A stretch of DNA of 63,623 nt, counting the filler, from Octopus bimaculoides (Eukaryota), in the NCBI RefSeq assembly GCF_001194135.2. It is 4 parts of 3 records of this genome, joined end to end, with 100 filler letters (N's around TTAATTAATTAA, not from the genome) between each part and the next. Parts side by side here need not be neighbours in the genome. Positions count along the whole stretch, not along the records: positions 1 to 15,737 come from NC_068984.1; 3 more parts are not named here. The stretch is one strand, 5' to 3'. Made by a program: the position numbers and the translations under genes. The stretch's first letter is position 1; the number at the start of each line of letters is the position of its first letter. The notes beneath the pieces are model-generated. The model was not told the DNA's origin. It was given only the letters and a program-made list of their open reading frames with translations, and ran no database searches. This document shows positions 1-12,140 of this stretch, in pieces.

Positions 1-111
1 ACTTAATTTAATTTTAATTTTTAATAAATTGATTTTAATTGAGTTTTTACCTGTAAATTTGGATTTTTATCCCTAATATCATTATATATATATATATATA
101 TATATATATAA

Positions 112-449
112 TGGTAAAGACACCCTTCGGTCACGAATGACCATGAGATTGCATCTAGAAAGTTATCCTCCGAGGCATAAGTCCGAGCAGGCTTGTTTGT
201 GGAAGACCAGCAGTCACCCATGGATACCAGCCCCCTCCCACTCTCCACGCCACTAATGTTGTCCAAGGGAAAGGCAAAGGGGCCGATACAGTTTGGCACC
301 AGTGACGTCGCAACTCATTTCTACTGCTGAGTGAAGTGGAGCAAAGTGTCTTGCTCAACAACACAGCACACATCCCACCCTGGGAATCGAACTCACAAGG
401 ACATGATTGTAAGCCCGATACTCTAATCACTGAGCCATGCACCTTCGAA
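112..449 (-). mobile_element. SINE group B (tRNA head + CORE-like domain), tail type 1
   Basis: The minus-strand head GCATGGCTCAGTGATTAGAG...GAGTTCGATTCCC is followed by TTGAGCAAGACACTTT, which resembles the CORE domain, then a tail of about 190 nt. Confidence 0.75.
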
Positions 450-789
450 GCACACACACACACACACACACACATTAAAAATCATTACGATGCTGATAGA
501 AAAGGCTAGGTTAGATAATGTAGTGTTTGACATCATTGAAAAGATGTGTTCACCCCCCCCCCCCNNNNNNNNNNNNNNNNNNNCCCCCCCTGAATACATC
601 TGATAATAGGCAACAACCACCACAATAACAACCAGTACACGTAAAAAGAGGACTGGTTGATATCCCAGCATCAACTCTGCGTTATGCTAATTGTCGCTGG
701 CTCCAACCTAACAACGTCTATATAAGTACCATTAGTAGGTTGAAGTTATGAAACCAATGTGCAAAATTGCTGTGTATTGAAAGACCGAT

Positions 790-985
790 TTAAGGCGATG
801 ATCGGTCAGAACTTTTACCGCTCCGGACAAAATGCTTAGCGGTATTTCGTACGTCTTCATGTTCTGAAGTCAAATTCCGCCGAGGTCGACTTTGCTGTTC
901 ACTCCTTCAGGTTCGATAAAATAAGGGCTATTTGAACACTGGGATCCATGTATTCGACTACCTCCCTCCTCCAAAATTGGTGAAA
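790..985 (+). mobile_element. SINE group A, diverged copy
   Basis: AAATGCTTAGCGGTATTTCG...AAATTCCGCCGAGGTCGACTTTGC shared with 20939-21382. Confidence 0.75.
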
Positions 986-1375
986 GACCATTTTATAAAA
1001 GTACGGTGCTGGTTCAAAATGTTTTATGGAAGCTAAGCCATAAATACTTAATCATCGCAGAGAGTCTTCTAGCGGAGAGCAGCGTTGGTCTCGACTCACA
1101 CTAAACTATTGATCACATCTACATACATACATACATGCATATACACATACATACAAACATGAATGCATACTTACATATACACATACATATAAACATGCAT
1201 GCATACATACATACAGACACATATTTATACATACATTCATACATCACTCATACACAAACACACATCACTGAACAATTTATCATACACACACACACACACA
1301 CACACACACAGCCACGTAGCATCACAAGCTGCATTCATATATTTATGCACAGACATATTCATGCATAGACTGAAT

Positions 1376-1431
<56 letters not shown>

Positions 1432-1605
1432 CACATATATATTGACTGATTCACTAATCACACCTACGTAAACTTACACACACACACACTCATAAACTTA
1501 CACACACACACACACACACACAGCTGCTTCCTCGATCACGCCCACGCATATTTATAAACATATAACGTACACGCGAATACATCACAGATCCCACCTGCAC
1601 CCCCT

Positions 1606-1642
<37 letters not shown>

Positions 1643-1723
1643 TTGAAACAGAGACACGCACACAACACGCACATAAAAATCACAATCATACACATGTATA
1701 CACTGGCTGAATCAGTGACCATA

Positions 1724-1770
<47 letters not shown>

Positions 1771-2415
1771 CCCCATCGCGGATCAAACCTTCATACACTG
1801 CATGGCTGATCGTGGCTATGCGTAAACGCACGCAGAAACAGACTCACACGCATACACACATACACACATGTAAAGCTAACCATGGCTCCTGTACGTGGTA
1901 GCCTGGTCCGCTAGAAGTAACAGCCAAGCCTCCCCCAGTTCACTGCCCCCCGCCTAAAAGTAGGAAATGCATCTTGGGAGATTTGGGCTTCGAGACATCA
2001 CGTTTGAAATCTGTTTAAAAATGGTTGGAATGTCTTTGATCATAAGTCGGCATAATCAGTGGTGACCTGGGGCTAAATAGCAACGGTAGCAGCAACAACA
2101 GTAACGACTATGACTACTACTACTACTACTACAATTGCTGCTGCTGCTACTACAATAAGAACGACGACGGCGTCGACTACAAGAGCAACAACAACAGCGT
2201 CGACGTCGACGACCATAATAACCAACAGAGCCACATTTAAATAAATGGTTTTAATCAGAAGAAATTAATTTTGTCCCTGACCTTTAAAGTTCCTCGCAGA
2301 TTGCTAAGATCAATACATGACCATGGCAGCTAAATTTTTTCAGACTTAATGCCCCAAGCTCTAAATTATCCTTCCCCACTACCGCAGCACAAGTATGCAC
2401 AAAGTGTGTGTGTGC

Positions 2416-2482
<67 letters not shown>

Positions 2483-2596
2483 TGAAGACGGTACAAATAA
2501 ACATCAATTATTAAAAGTGCTCAATATCGGGGTAGAGTAGATAAGTAAATAAAAGATAACTTCCAAAAAATAAATTCCAAAATATCATTTCCTTTT

Positions 2597-2944
2597 CCGT
2601 CCCATGACCGACTGAAGACGCCTAGTTTCGCCTATTCTGTTGGCGTCGTCTTTGAGGACCGGTCGAACGGCACATGTCGGCTAATTCTGACTCCCAGCAT
2701 ATATGTATTTACAATGAAAATCTATGGATGAGGGGATTGCTAATGCGCATACAAAATATTGATATAAACAGCTAGGCGCAATGTGATAGCATAAAGAAAA
2801 GATTCAATTGTTACAAAGCGTGATTAGAAATAAGAGACGGAATTAGCCGACATATGTCATTCCAGTACTCCTCCCTAACCATGCCTACAGAATAGGCAAA
2901 AACAGATGTCTAGCCTGGTGATTCTAGAGTCGGTCGTGGGGCGG
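2597..2944 (+). other. Nested inverted repeats forming a rod-like fold-back (structured RNA or decayed MITE)
   Basis: Helices 2597-2613/2928-2944 (17 bp, 2 G.U), 2630-2646/2881-2897 (16 of 17) and 2674-2689/2838-2853 (16 bp, 1 G.U), plus shorter helices between them. Confidence 0.75.
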
Positions 2945-3097
2945 TTACCTCCCCTCTCATAAGCTTGAGTAAGTCTGCCCGCTTCCTACAGCGTTAAGAG
3001 TATTTTGACTTATTTCTAGCATTATAGGTATCTTGACATCCTTGCTCACACTTAGTGACGATTGAATTTTCCTTTTATGGTATCGCATTATCTAACT

Positions 3098-3133
<36 letters not shown>

Positions 3134-3731
3134 GCACACACATAAATAGCATTATTGAAACATATATATATGGCGATATGTTTTCCTCCGTCTTCCTTTT
3201 CTCTTGGACTTTCCTGTGTNNNNNNNNNNNNNNNNNNNNNNNNNNNNNNNNNNNNNNNNNNNNNNNNNNNNNNNNNNNNNNNNNNNNNNNNNNNNNNNNN
3301 NNNNNNNNNNNNNNNNNNNNNNNNNNNNNNNNNNNNNNNNNNNNNNNNNNNNNNNNNNNNNNNNNNNNNNNNNNNNNNNNNNNNNNNNNNNNNNNNNNNN
3401 NNNNNNNNNNNNNNNNNNNNNNNNNNNNNNNNNNNNNNNNNNNNNNNNNNNNNNNNNNNNNNNNNNNNNNNNNNNNNNNNNNNNNNNNNNNNNNNNNNNN
3501 NNNNNNNNNNNNNNNNNNNNNNNNNNNNNNNNNNNNNNNNNNNNNNNNNNNNNNNNNNNNNNNNNNNNNNNNNNNNNNNNNNNNNNNNNNNNNNNNNNNN
3601 NNNNNNNNNNNNNNNNNNNNNNNNNNNNNNNNNNNNNNNNNNNNNNNNNNNNNNNNNNNNNNNNNNNNNNNNNNNNNNNNNNNNNNNNNNNNNNNNNNNN
3701 NNNNNNNNNNNNNNNNNNNNNNNNNNNNNNN

Positions 3732-3762
<31 letters not shown>

Positions 3763-4014
3763 TCAGGTCACCCCATAAGTTCTGTCCGAATTTTGAATAA
3801 AGAAAACAAGTGATCAAATGTTATATTTAATTGAAATTTAATCATCAGTGTACTTTCCCTGATTATCTATCACTTTCTTCCATCTATTTACAAGCTTTTT
3901 AATCCCATCAATGTAAAACTCTTTTGGTTTCAAAGCAAAGAACTCTGAAATGTCAGTTTCGACCTCCTCCTGGCTTGCGAAAGTTATGTCCCCTAAATGA
4001 TTCTATAAACTACG

Positions 4015-4258
4015 ACACACCAGCATCGGTTGTCAAGCGATAATGGGAGGACAAACACACACATACACACACACATACACACATATATATATACATGTAT
4101 ATACATCGGGCTTCTTTCACCTTCCGTCTACCAAATACACTCACAAGTTAGGCCCGAGGTTATAGAAGATACTTGCCCAAGGTGCCACGTAGTGGGACTG
4201 AATCTGGAACCATATGGTTGGTAAGCAAGCGACTTACCACACAGCCCCTCCTGTGCCT
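4015..4258 (-). mobile_element. SINE group C, 5' two-thirds
   Basis: Reverse complement of the head, internal microsatellite and first part of the 3' half. Confidence 0.82.
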
Positions 4259-6285
4259 ATAGTGTATATATTTATTAACCTTTTACAAGAATAGGTGATA
4301 GTGACTTCGAAACAGCCGACAATCTAAAAGCGGAAGGCCGAATAGATATATTAATCCGAAAATGTCATTTCTCTACGTGAAATCGTTCGGCAACACGTTT
4401 CTACCAACCAACATCTTATAAACATACTTTCCTCGATTCTGTTTTATATCCCACCCTATACACCTGCCCCTCAGGCCTACATGCACCACATCTAATAAAC
4501 ACTTTACATAGTTGCACCTAAACCAGAACAACTTGCCAAAGACAAAATGAAAGCCAAATGAAGCGCCTGGCGACGGTTTGCAGGTTTAAACCTCGAAGTC
4601 AGTTACTCCTTTCCTTATAAAAGTTTAATGTCTGTTTGTCTGTCTGTCTACTACAAAACTACCACCACCACCACCTTCACCACCACAACCACCATCACCA
4701 TAAAATCATTATTAAAATCCTAAACTTCCAAGATTGTTCTTGTAAAACAGCGAGCGGAGCAACCACGAATATGTATTTCTGCATTTGTGTGTGNNNNNNN
4801 NNNNNNNNNNNNNNNNNNNNNNNNNNNNNNNNNNNNNNNNNNNNNNNNNNNNNNNNNNNNNNNNNNNNNNNNNNNNNNNNNNNNNNNNNNNNNNNNNNNN
4901 NNNNNNNNNNNNNNNNNNNNNNNNNNNNNNNNNNNNNNNNNNNNNNNNNNNNNNNNNNNNNNNNNNNNNNNNNNNNNNNNNNNNNNNNNNNNNNNNNNNN
5001 NNNNNNNNNNNNNNNNNNNNNNNNNNNNNNNNNNNNNNNNNNNNNNNNNNNNNNNNNNNNNNNNNNNNNNNNNNNNNNNNNNNNNNNNNNNNNNNNNNNN
5101 NNNNNNNNNNNNNNNNNNNNNNNNNNNNNNNNNNNNNNNNNNNNNNNNNNNNNNNNNNNNNNNNNNNNNNNNNNNNNNNNNNNNNNNNNNNNNNNNNNNN
5201 NNNNNNNNNNNNNNNNNNNNNNNNNNNNNNNNNNNNNNNNNNNNNNNNNNNNNNNNNNNNNNNNNNNNNNNNNNNNNNNNNNNNNNNNNNNNNNNNNNNN
5301 NNNNNNNNNNNNNNNNNNNNNNNNNNNNNNNNNNNNNNNNNNNNNNNNNNNNNNNNNNNNNNNNNNNNNNNNNNNNNNNNNNNNNNNNNNNNNNNNNNNN
5401 NNNNNNNNNNNNNNNNNNGGGGTGGGTTGGCACACCAGAAGCTACATCCTCTACAAAGCCAGTAAGCGTGACCTTTGATAAACTGTGATCGAACAGACCT
5501 ATAAGATAAAGCGTTCCAGCCATGACAATTATCTTTGTTAAAGGTATATTCGACTACAATATCAAATGTAAGACAAGAGAAAGTGTTTTGAGGGAGATTA
5601 AGTTGCTATTTCTGGCAAACTGAACAACCATGTAGAAGATTCCTTATAGCTTCAATCCTATCGTAGCACTACTACTACTACTACGACGACGACGACGGTT
5701 GCTGCTACTGCCGCCACTACTTGCACCAGCAGCAGTAGTAGTAATAGTAGTAACTGTTTAGGTACCAAGCACCTAAATCCGAAATATGAGCATTCGTGGC
5801 GTTCATACATTGCTTATACATTATTAGTGTTAGAGATAAAGCAATGAATTCAATGGCCGATTCTCGACCTTGCTGTTCCGTCGTAAGCACGTGACGAATT
5901 TCGTTCCAATCTGCGTTGCGAACTGTGGAAGTGAGAAGTTGTTTATATTAGTCCAAGATACTAATGGACAAAATAAACGCTCTGAGATGTTAGGCTGCTG
6001 CAAACATAGTTTGAAATCCTTACCGTACAATTATGTGTCTTGAAATGGATGGCTGAGGACAAAAACTCACAAAAAAATTGAAATAATACGAGATTTTTCG
6101 AGATGATGATGTCTTACACAAGCACACAGTTAGAAATCTCGGAGGCAGTGTAAGTTATGGATGGTGGCGGTGTCTATCGGCAAAAGTTACTCCATAAAAG
6201 TTCGTGGATAAAACATATGTAAATAAGTTCATATAAAACTTGATGCATAAAAACAATACGCAACACTTCAGACAAATTGTTGTAG

Positions 6286-6287
<2 letters not shown>

Positions 6288-6331
<44 letters not shown>

Positions 6332-6435
6332 AAGAGAGGGAGAGAGAGAAAGAAAGAGAGAGAGAGAGAGAAAGAAAGAGAGAGAGAGAGAGATGTGTAT
6401 ATGTATATGTGGATATATAAACCATATATATATAT

Positions 6436-6475
<40 letters not shown>

Positions 6476-6692
6476 ATATATAAATATATATGTGTGTGTA
6501 TATATATGTATATGTGTGTGTATATATATATGTGTATATATATATATGTATATGTATATATATGTATATATATATATATGTATGTATGTATATATACATG
6601 TGTGTGTGTATATATGTATGTATATATACATGTGTGTGTATATATATATGTATATATATGTGTATGTATGTATATATACATATGTGTGTGTG

Positions 6693-6751
<59 letters not shown>
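6288..6751. repeat. Compound microsatellite (AG)n-(TA/TG)n-(TG)n
   Basis: Direct inspection. It ends at a gap. Confidence 0.95.
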
Positions 6752-6934
6752 NNNNNNNNNNNNNNNNNNNNNNNNNNNNNNNNNNNNNNNNNNNNNNNNN
6801 NNNNNNNNNNNNNNNNNNNNNNNNNNNNNNNNNNNNNNNNNNNNNNNNNNNNTATATATATATATATATATCGCCGACGAACGTATCCGGATTGTCCTAT
6901 TATTTTCCTGTCGTTTTTACTTAATACTTATCCA

Positions 6935-6973
<39 letters not shown>

Positions 6974-7747
6974 TGTGTCTGATAACTATTGCAGAAATAC
7001 CTATTCACCAGTTTAGTTTTACCAAAGAACAAAGGTTAGAAACAGAGACCAAACACAAAAGGAAAAAAAAAAGAAAAAGAAAACAAATTCATTTTTTTCT
7101 TTTTTTTCTTTTTTGTTTGTTTGATTTCTATTGAGAAGCAAGAATGGTCGGATGTGGGTGGCAAAATAAACAGCTTGTAGTATGGAAAGCGAATGAATTC
7201 CGAGCAGAGTGAAGTTAGATTGTGGCAAGATTTATGGCCAGTTACCGTACAAATGAAGAACTGTCTGCTGGCGGTGGTTGCAGAAATATCGTACGAAAGA
7301 GGCCAAGCATGGAAGCAGAGCGGTGATGTGCAACAGAAAGAGAGAAAGAAAGAAAGCATAAAGGAAAAGAGACAAAACCAAAAAGAAAAAGAAAAAAAAA
7401 TGCCAAGTCAGGATTGGCTAATAAACTAATCGTTTATTGATTGCGAACTGGAGACGTCAGTTAGAGTTCAATAGAAATTGTGTTTTTGTTGTTGAAGGAA
7501 ACTAGAATGGTTTGTCTCTTGACAAGCATTAGTGCCATTTATTATGGTATTATTGCTCTTGGGTCAACTGGTTTTAGGCTTACAAAGCTCGCCTATTTGT
7601 AGTGGAGCAGGCAGATCTTTACAGAGATAAAAAAGAACCTCCATTATGTCGTTACTCTATTCCTGTAGTTTATCTCTCTTGGAGAATTCGGTGTTGTTCT
7701 TAGTGTTCTAGGGTTATTTATTAGAATAATGCGTGAAGTACAGGCTC

Positions 7748-7778
<31 letters not shown>

Positions 7779-9429
7779 AGGTGTGTGTGTTTGAGTGTTG
7801 TGTGTGGGTGTGCGAATATCTGTGACGCGAGCGTCTATGTGTGTACATAAGTGTGTGTGTGTATTGGACTTTGATAAGTAGGTTGGAGAGGGTCTGAGAT
7901 TGTTGTGAACGTGACGTTGAGGAAACAGTAAAGCAGAAGGTTGTGGTCAGAGAAGATGGGAGAGAGACAAAGAGAGAAAAAGGGGAGAGAATACTAGAGG
8001 AAGAGAGAAGGGGAGAGACAGAGTGGGAAAGAATGTAATAATGATTTTGCGAGATTGTTTCTAATGAGGTTATTGTGATAGTGAAATCGTTTTGGTGTAC
8101 GTCAATGAGTGGGCGACTCCATTACTATAGGGATGATATCTCTGCTTAGTGTGAGAGATAAATAATGGTTTGGTGGAGTTACCACTCAACGATGAGGACG
8201 GAGTCTTAATAGAAACAAATTCTTTGGAGGCCGATGAATTTATAACAGGACGAAAGAAATCCTTTTAATATGATAATTGTAAGGAATTAAGGGATAGCTA
8301 TTGCTTGAGTGGGGTGTCCGACTGTTGGGTGAAGTTGGGTACTTTTAGGTTGCGAGAAAAAGACTGCTAGAGAGTACAGGACAACTCACTAAAGTAGATT
8401 TTATGGAAGGCAGAAGAGGAAGTCAGTAATGAAGAAAGATTTTAAAGAAAATGTTAAGGGGTGGAAGAAATGGTGGAGAGGGGAGTTTTGGTTATTTTGA
8501 AGTATATTGAGGAAGAAATTGATAGAAATGTAAGGAGAGATGGAGACCCGATAATAACCTATGATATAGTGACGAATATGTCTCTAGCAGCTTTTTAAGA
8601 AAAAAAAAAAACCTTATGAATTTGTGTTAAGAATGGGTCGTCGTACATCCTAGCTTATTAATTTTGTCATTTCAAATTATGTCCCGGTTTTAAGGAATTC
8701 TGGAAATTCTATTTCTTTTGATTTTTATCTTGGATTGTCAAATGTCCCTAGGTATTGATGACTATTTGTTTTCCTATTGTATTATGAAACACCTGGAGCA
8801 ATAATCCAAAGAGGATTTGAAATTAAAACCTTCTGCTTCACTCATACGCATAAGCCATAATATTCAGAACTGTTTTCTTCGATCGAAAAAAAAAAAGCAA
8901 AAAAGCAAAAAGAATACAGACGGTCTGTCGGAAAACTCACTGGTTGGAGGAAATTCCCACGGGATGCGAAAAACAATGAAATTCTCTGAACTTTGACCCG
9001 TTCACACATTAATAACACGACTTATGTAAAACATGGTTACAAGAAAAATAGAGACAGACTGCCGACTGTGCCACAGACAATTCATCACCAAAGCTAGAAG
9101 AACCGGTATAACTTACCGTCGACAACTGACTGAAACATTTCTCTTAATTCTGTTTTTCTTTAACATTTTTTATCCTTTCTTTTATCTTTTATATGGTCGT
9201 AACCAAACCTCAGAGAACTGCTCGATTTTGACAACAATATTTTATTTCCTTTTCCCTCACACACATTTACAGGAACATATACCATTTCAGAACAAACCAA
9301 CTGTAATACATATTTTATGTTTCGTTTTTACTTTGATATTTCATACATATTTCCATTAAAAAAATTTGATTTATGTTTACACAACCGAAAACTACGGAAG
9401 AACTCAAGAAGGCTTACACATTTCAAAAA

Positions 9430-9700
9430 AAAAAAAAAAAAGACAAACACAAAAACCCCTTTGTGCCGGCAGTGTCCTATGGAGGTAGGTCGTACATAAA
9501 AGATAATTTAAAATCTGAAAAGCACAAAGCAAATTTTGTTCCTAGTTTGCCACGACTAAATACTTTCTTAAAAAGTCAGGAAGAATTAAATTAGATCTTT
9601 TTGATGTCGTCAAAGAAGCTAATTTCTCTTTTCACACCATTTCTCATAAACTGAATTTCAAGACATCCGATTGTTTGTCAAAGGTGGTCCGATTTCACAT
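9430..9700 (+). pseudogene. Possible hAT-type transposase N-terminal remnant
   Basis: Frameshifted pieces LCRQC / SYGGRSYIKDNLKSEKHK and EANFSFHTISHKLNFKTSDC recall the zinc-finger-like and following blocks of some hAT transposases. This is from memory, not an alignment. Confidence 0.35.
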
Positions 9701-10767
9701 CTGAAAACTATGGTAAGCCTAGGTTTCAGTTTAGTTCAATGACATTAAGACTATTGAACTGGAAGCTATGATGGGACGGCATTGAACTAGTCACGTAACT
9801 AGTCAGCTATCCCCCTCAACTGGAACGTTTACGTGTTCTCACATTAAAATAAAACTGTTCATAATCTACGATGCATGATTATATCTAAAAGACATCCTTG
9901 AATCTGTCACAAGAAAATTCCGTTTTCTCAAAGTAGTTCTGGGAAAATGTGCATCTCTAAAATCCCCAACGACGCACCCGATCGGGGTTTCAACGCACGC
10001 TTCATGAGTTAAAAACAAGATTATGTAATACTCTCACACATAAAAGGCAATATCGGACAGGAAGAATGAAACTGAAAAAAAAAATTGCTTTCATTTAAGA
10101 GACGAGGCCTGTTTCTCAGATTAACGACAACCCCTGACTAATCCTTGAGCTAAATTAAACCTCATTCATCTCGAAAATGTAATTGGTAACTTTATGGCAC
10201 CTTGAAATACTTGTTTCATTAATCCACTTCCTCTATAGAAAGTTGGTAAAGTTTCTAAAATCTGTGATCGTTTGCGATGCCATTGCAATTAAGGTTTTGA
10301 TATTTAATTGACTTCTTATAACATCGTTTTGATGACAAAATCTCTAACATGCCGAACAAAATATCTTATATTTTGTTATATCTTTTTTCGTTCTTATAGA
10401 GGTCGCCTTTACCCTACAGTCCTCTCTGAACTGATATAATCGATGCCAGTAATTATACGGAAATCTATGCGATCGATGACAGAACTCTCCGCATAAGTTT
10501 GTTTCCTTGAAGTAGTAACAAGAGACCAATAATTTGAAATTTCAACACAAGAGAAAATTCACTGCCGGAACGAAACTTTTTGCTCATGAGAAACATTTTT
10601 ACTATGAGAGTCCGTTATATATCTGAGAGAGCACTGGCAGTATATTCTATTAATAGTTCAACTTGGCAATTCTTCACAAATCATCTTAGAGAAGACATTA
10701 TTTACCTGGAAGCCAGCCCCAGAGATTTATTCCTTAAGCTTGTGCTTTATCTCCCCCTTATAATTTC

Positions 10768-11070
10768 GCCGTCCATCGGTTACGACGTCGAGAGTTCCAG
10801 TTGATCCGATCAACGGAACAGCCTGCTCGTAAAATTAACGAAAGTGGCTGAGCACTCCATAGACGCGCATACCTTTAGCGCAGTACTCTGGGAGAATCAG
10901 CGTGACATAGAATGTGACAAGGCTGGCCCTTTGAAGTAAAAGTACAACGTAGTTTTGCCAGCTGAGGGAACTGGCACTACGTGAAATAAAGGACACAACA
11001 TACCGCTGGAATCGAACTCGCAATCTTTTGATCGCGAGCCGTATACTTTAGCCATTAAGACACGCGCCTT
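10768..11070 (-). mobile_element. SINE group B, tail type 2
   Basis: Same head and CORE-like block, with a tail ending GGAACCCTCGTCGTCGTAACCGACGGAGTGCCA-like. Confidence 0.8.
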
Positions 11071-11509
11071 CATGGTTAAATGATTTGTCACACTTCCCGT
11101 GTCGTTCGATATCTCCCAGAAAAACTTTCTGTATTGTAAGCTTTTACTTCAGTAACCAATGATAATGTCATTCTCTTCATAGTTGTACTCAGCATATATA
11201 CTTTATGTGATTACACTCTCCATCGTTACAGTTTATGTCAAACCCACGTGCATTTTTCTGGGCTCTCTTTTTTTATTTCATTTCTTCCCTTTCTTTGCTT
11301 CTCCTAGACTTTCTTCTAATATCTGAAAAAAGGTCGATGTTCTTTCCGTTCTTCATTGAGCATCACCCTGATTAACTGTAAACGGCTCTTGTACTCTGTG
11401 TTTGTACTTTTTGTTTTATACACTGTATACTTATACGCTTTACATAACATTAACTGTAGAGAGTTATTTACTTTAATGTCACAAAGTAATGTTGATGATA
11501 TCCTCTATA

Positions 11510-12140
11510 CAAGGTGTTCGGGATAAATTTTACGATTGTTAGGTTTCCTTTTCAGGATCAGCTTAATGTATTAGCAAGCAGTCAACGGCGTTGGAGAGCA
11601 TAAAGATGTAGTTGAGAAGAGTTAGCCAACTTGGGGGACTGGAAGGCATCTGAATATTGGAAAAGACTTGTCTGTGTCAGGATGATTCGCGCCGGGTATC
11701 AAAATGCCGACATCATGACTGCTGCTGAATGCTTTATAAACACTGTAAAGGCTGTAAAACGTGACATGTACTGCTGTAATGGAGACTACGAAGCCTGTGG
11801 CCAGCAGGACGGGTCACGTGTCCTCATGCCAGAATTCATATTCACATCTTTGAACAAAGCCTTAGATTCAGTAGGCTATGTGAAGCTGCTAGAGACTGTG
11901 GTCAATCCCTAGCTGCAAAGGGTTGCTGCAGAAAGGCCATATGTGTGGAAGCAGGATTCCCTTTTTTTTTGCCATACTTCGGGAAAGAGATAGACGTGGT
12001 TGCTGGAGATTTTCTACAAATATACCAGTCCCAATTTCTGGACTCCTAATTCACTCGATTGTAATCCCAGGGACGACTATGTATGGTGCGCAGTGAAGAA
12101 AGACACCAACCACCCTGACTGCAACACCAAGATTAAGTTG
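11510..12140 (+). mobile_element. Decayed DD37D (maT)-type transposon remnant
   Basis: TA|CAAGGTGTTCGGGATAAATT left end, an N-terminal fragment (ORF 11631-11912), then KQDS..CHTS...PNFWTPNSLDCNPRDDYVW. The right TIR was not found. Confidence 0.7.

Noticed and set aside
9033-9359. 108-aa ORF with CRLCH as a zinc-finger gene
   Set aside because: There is no second ligand pair at the proper spacing and no splice signals.
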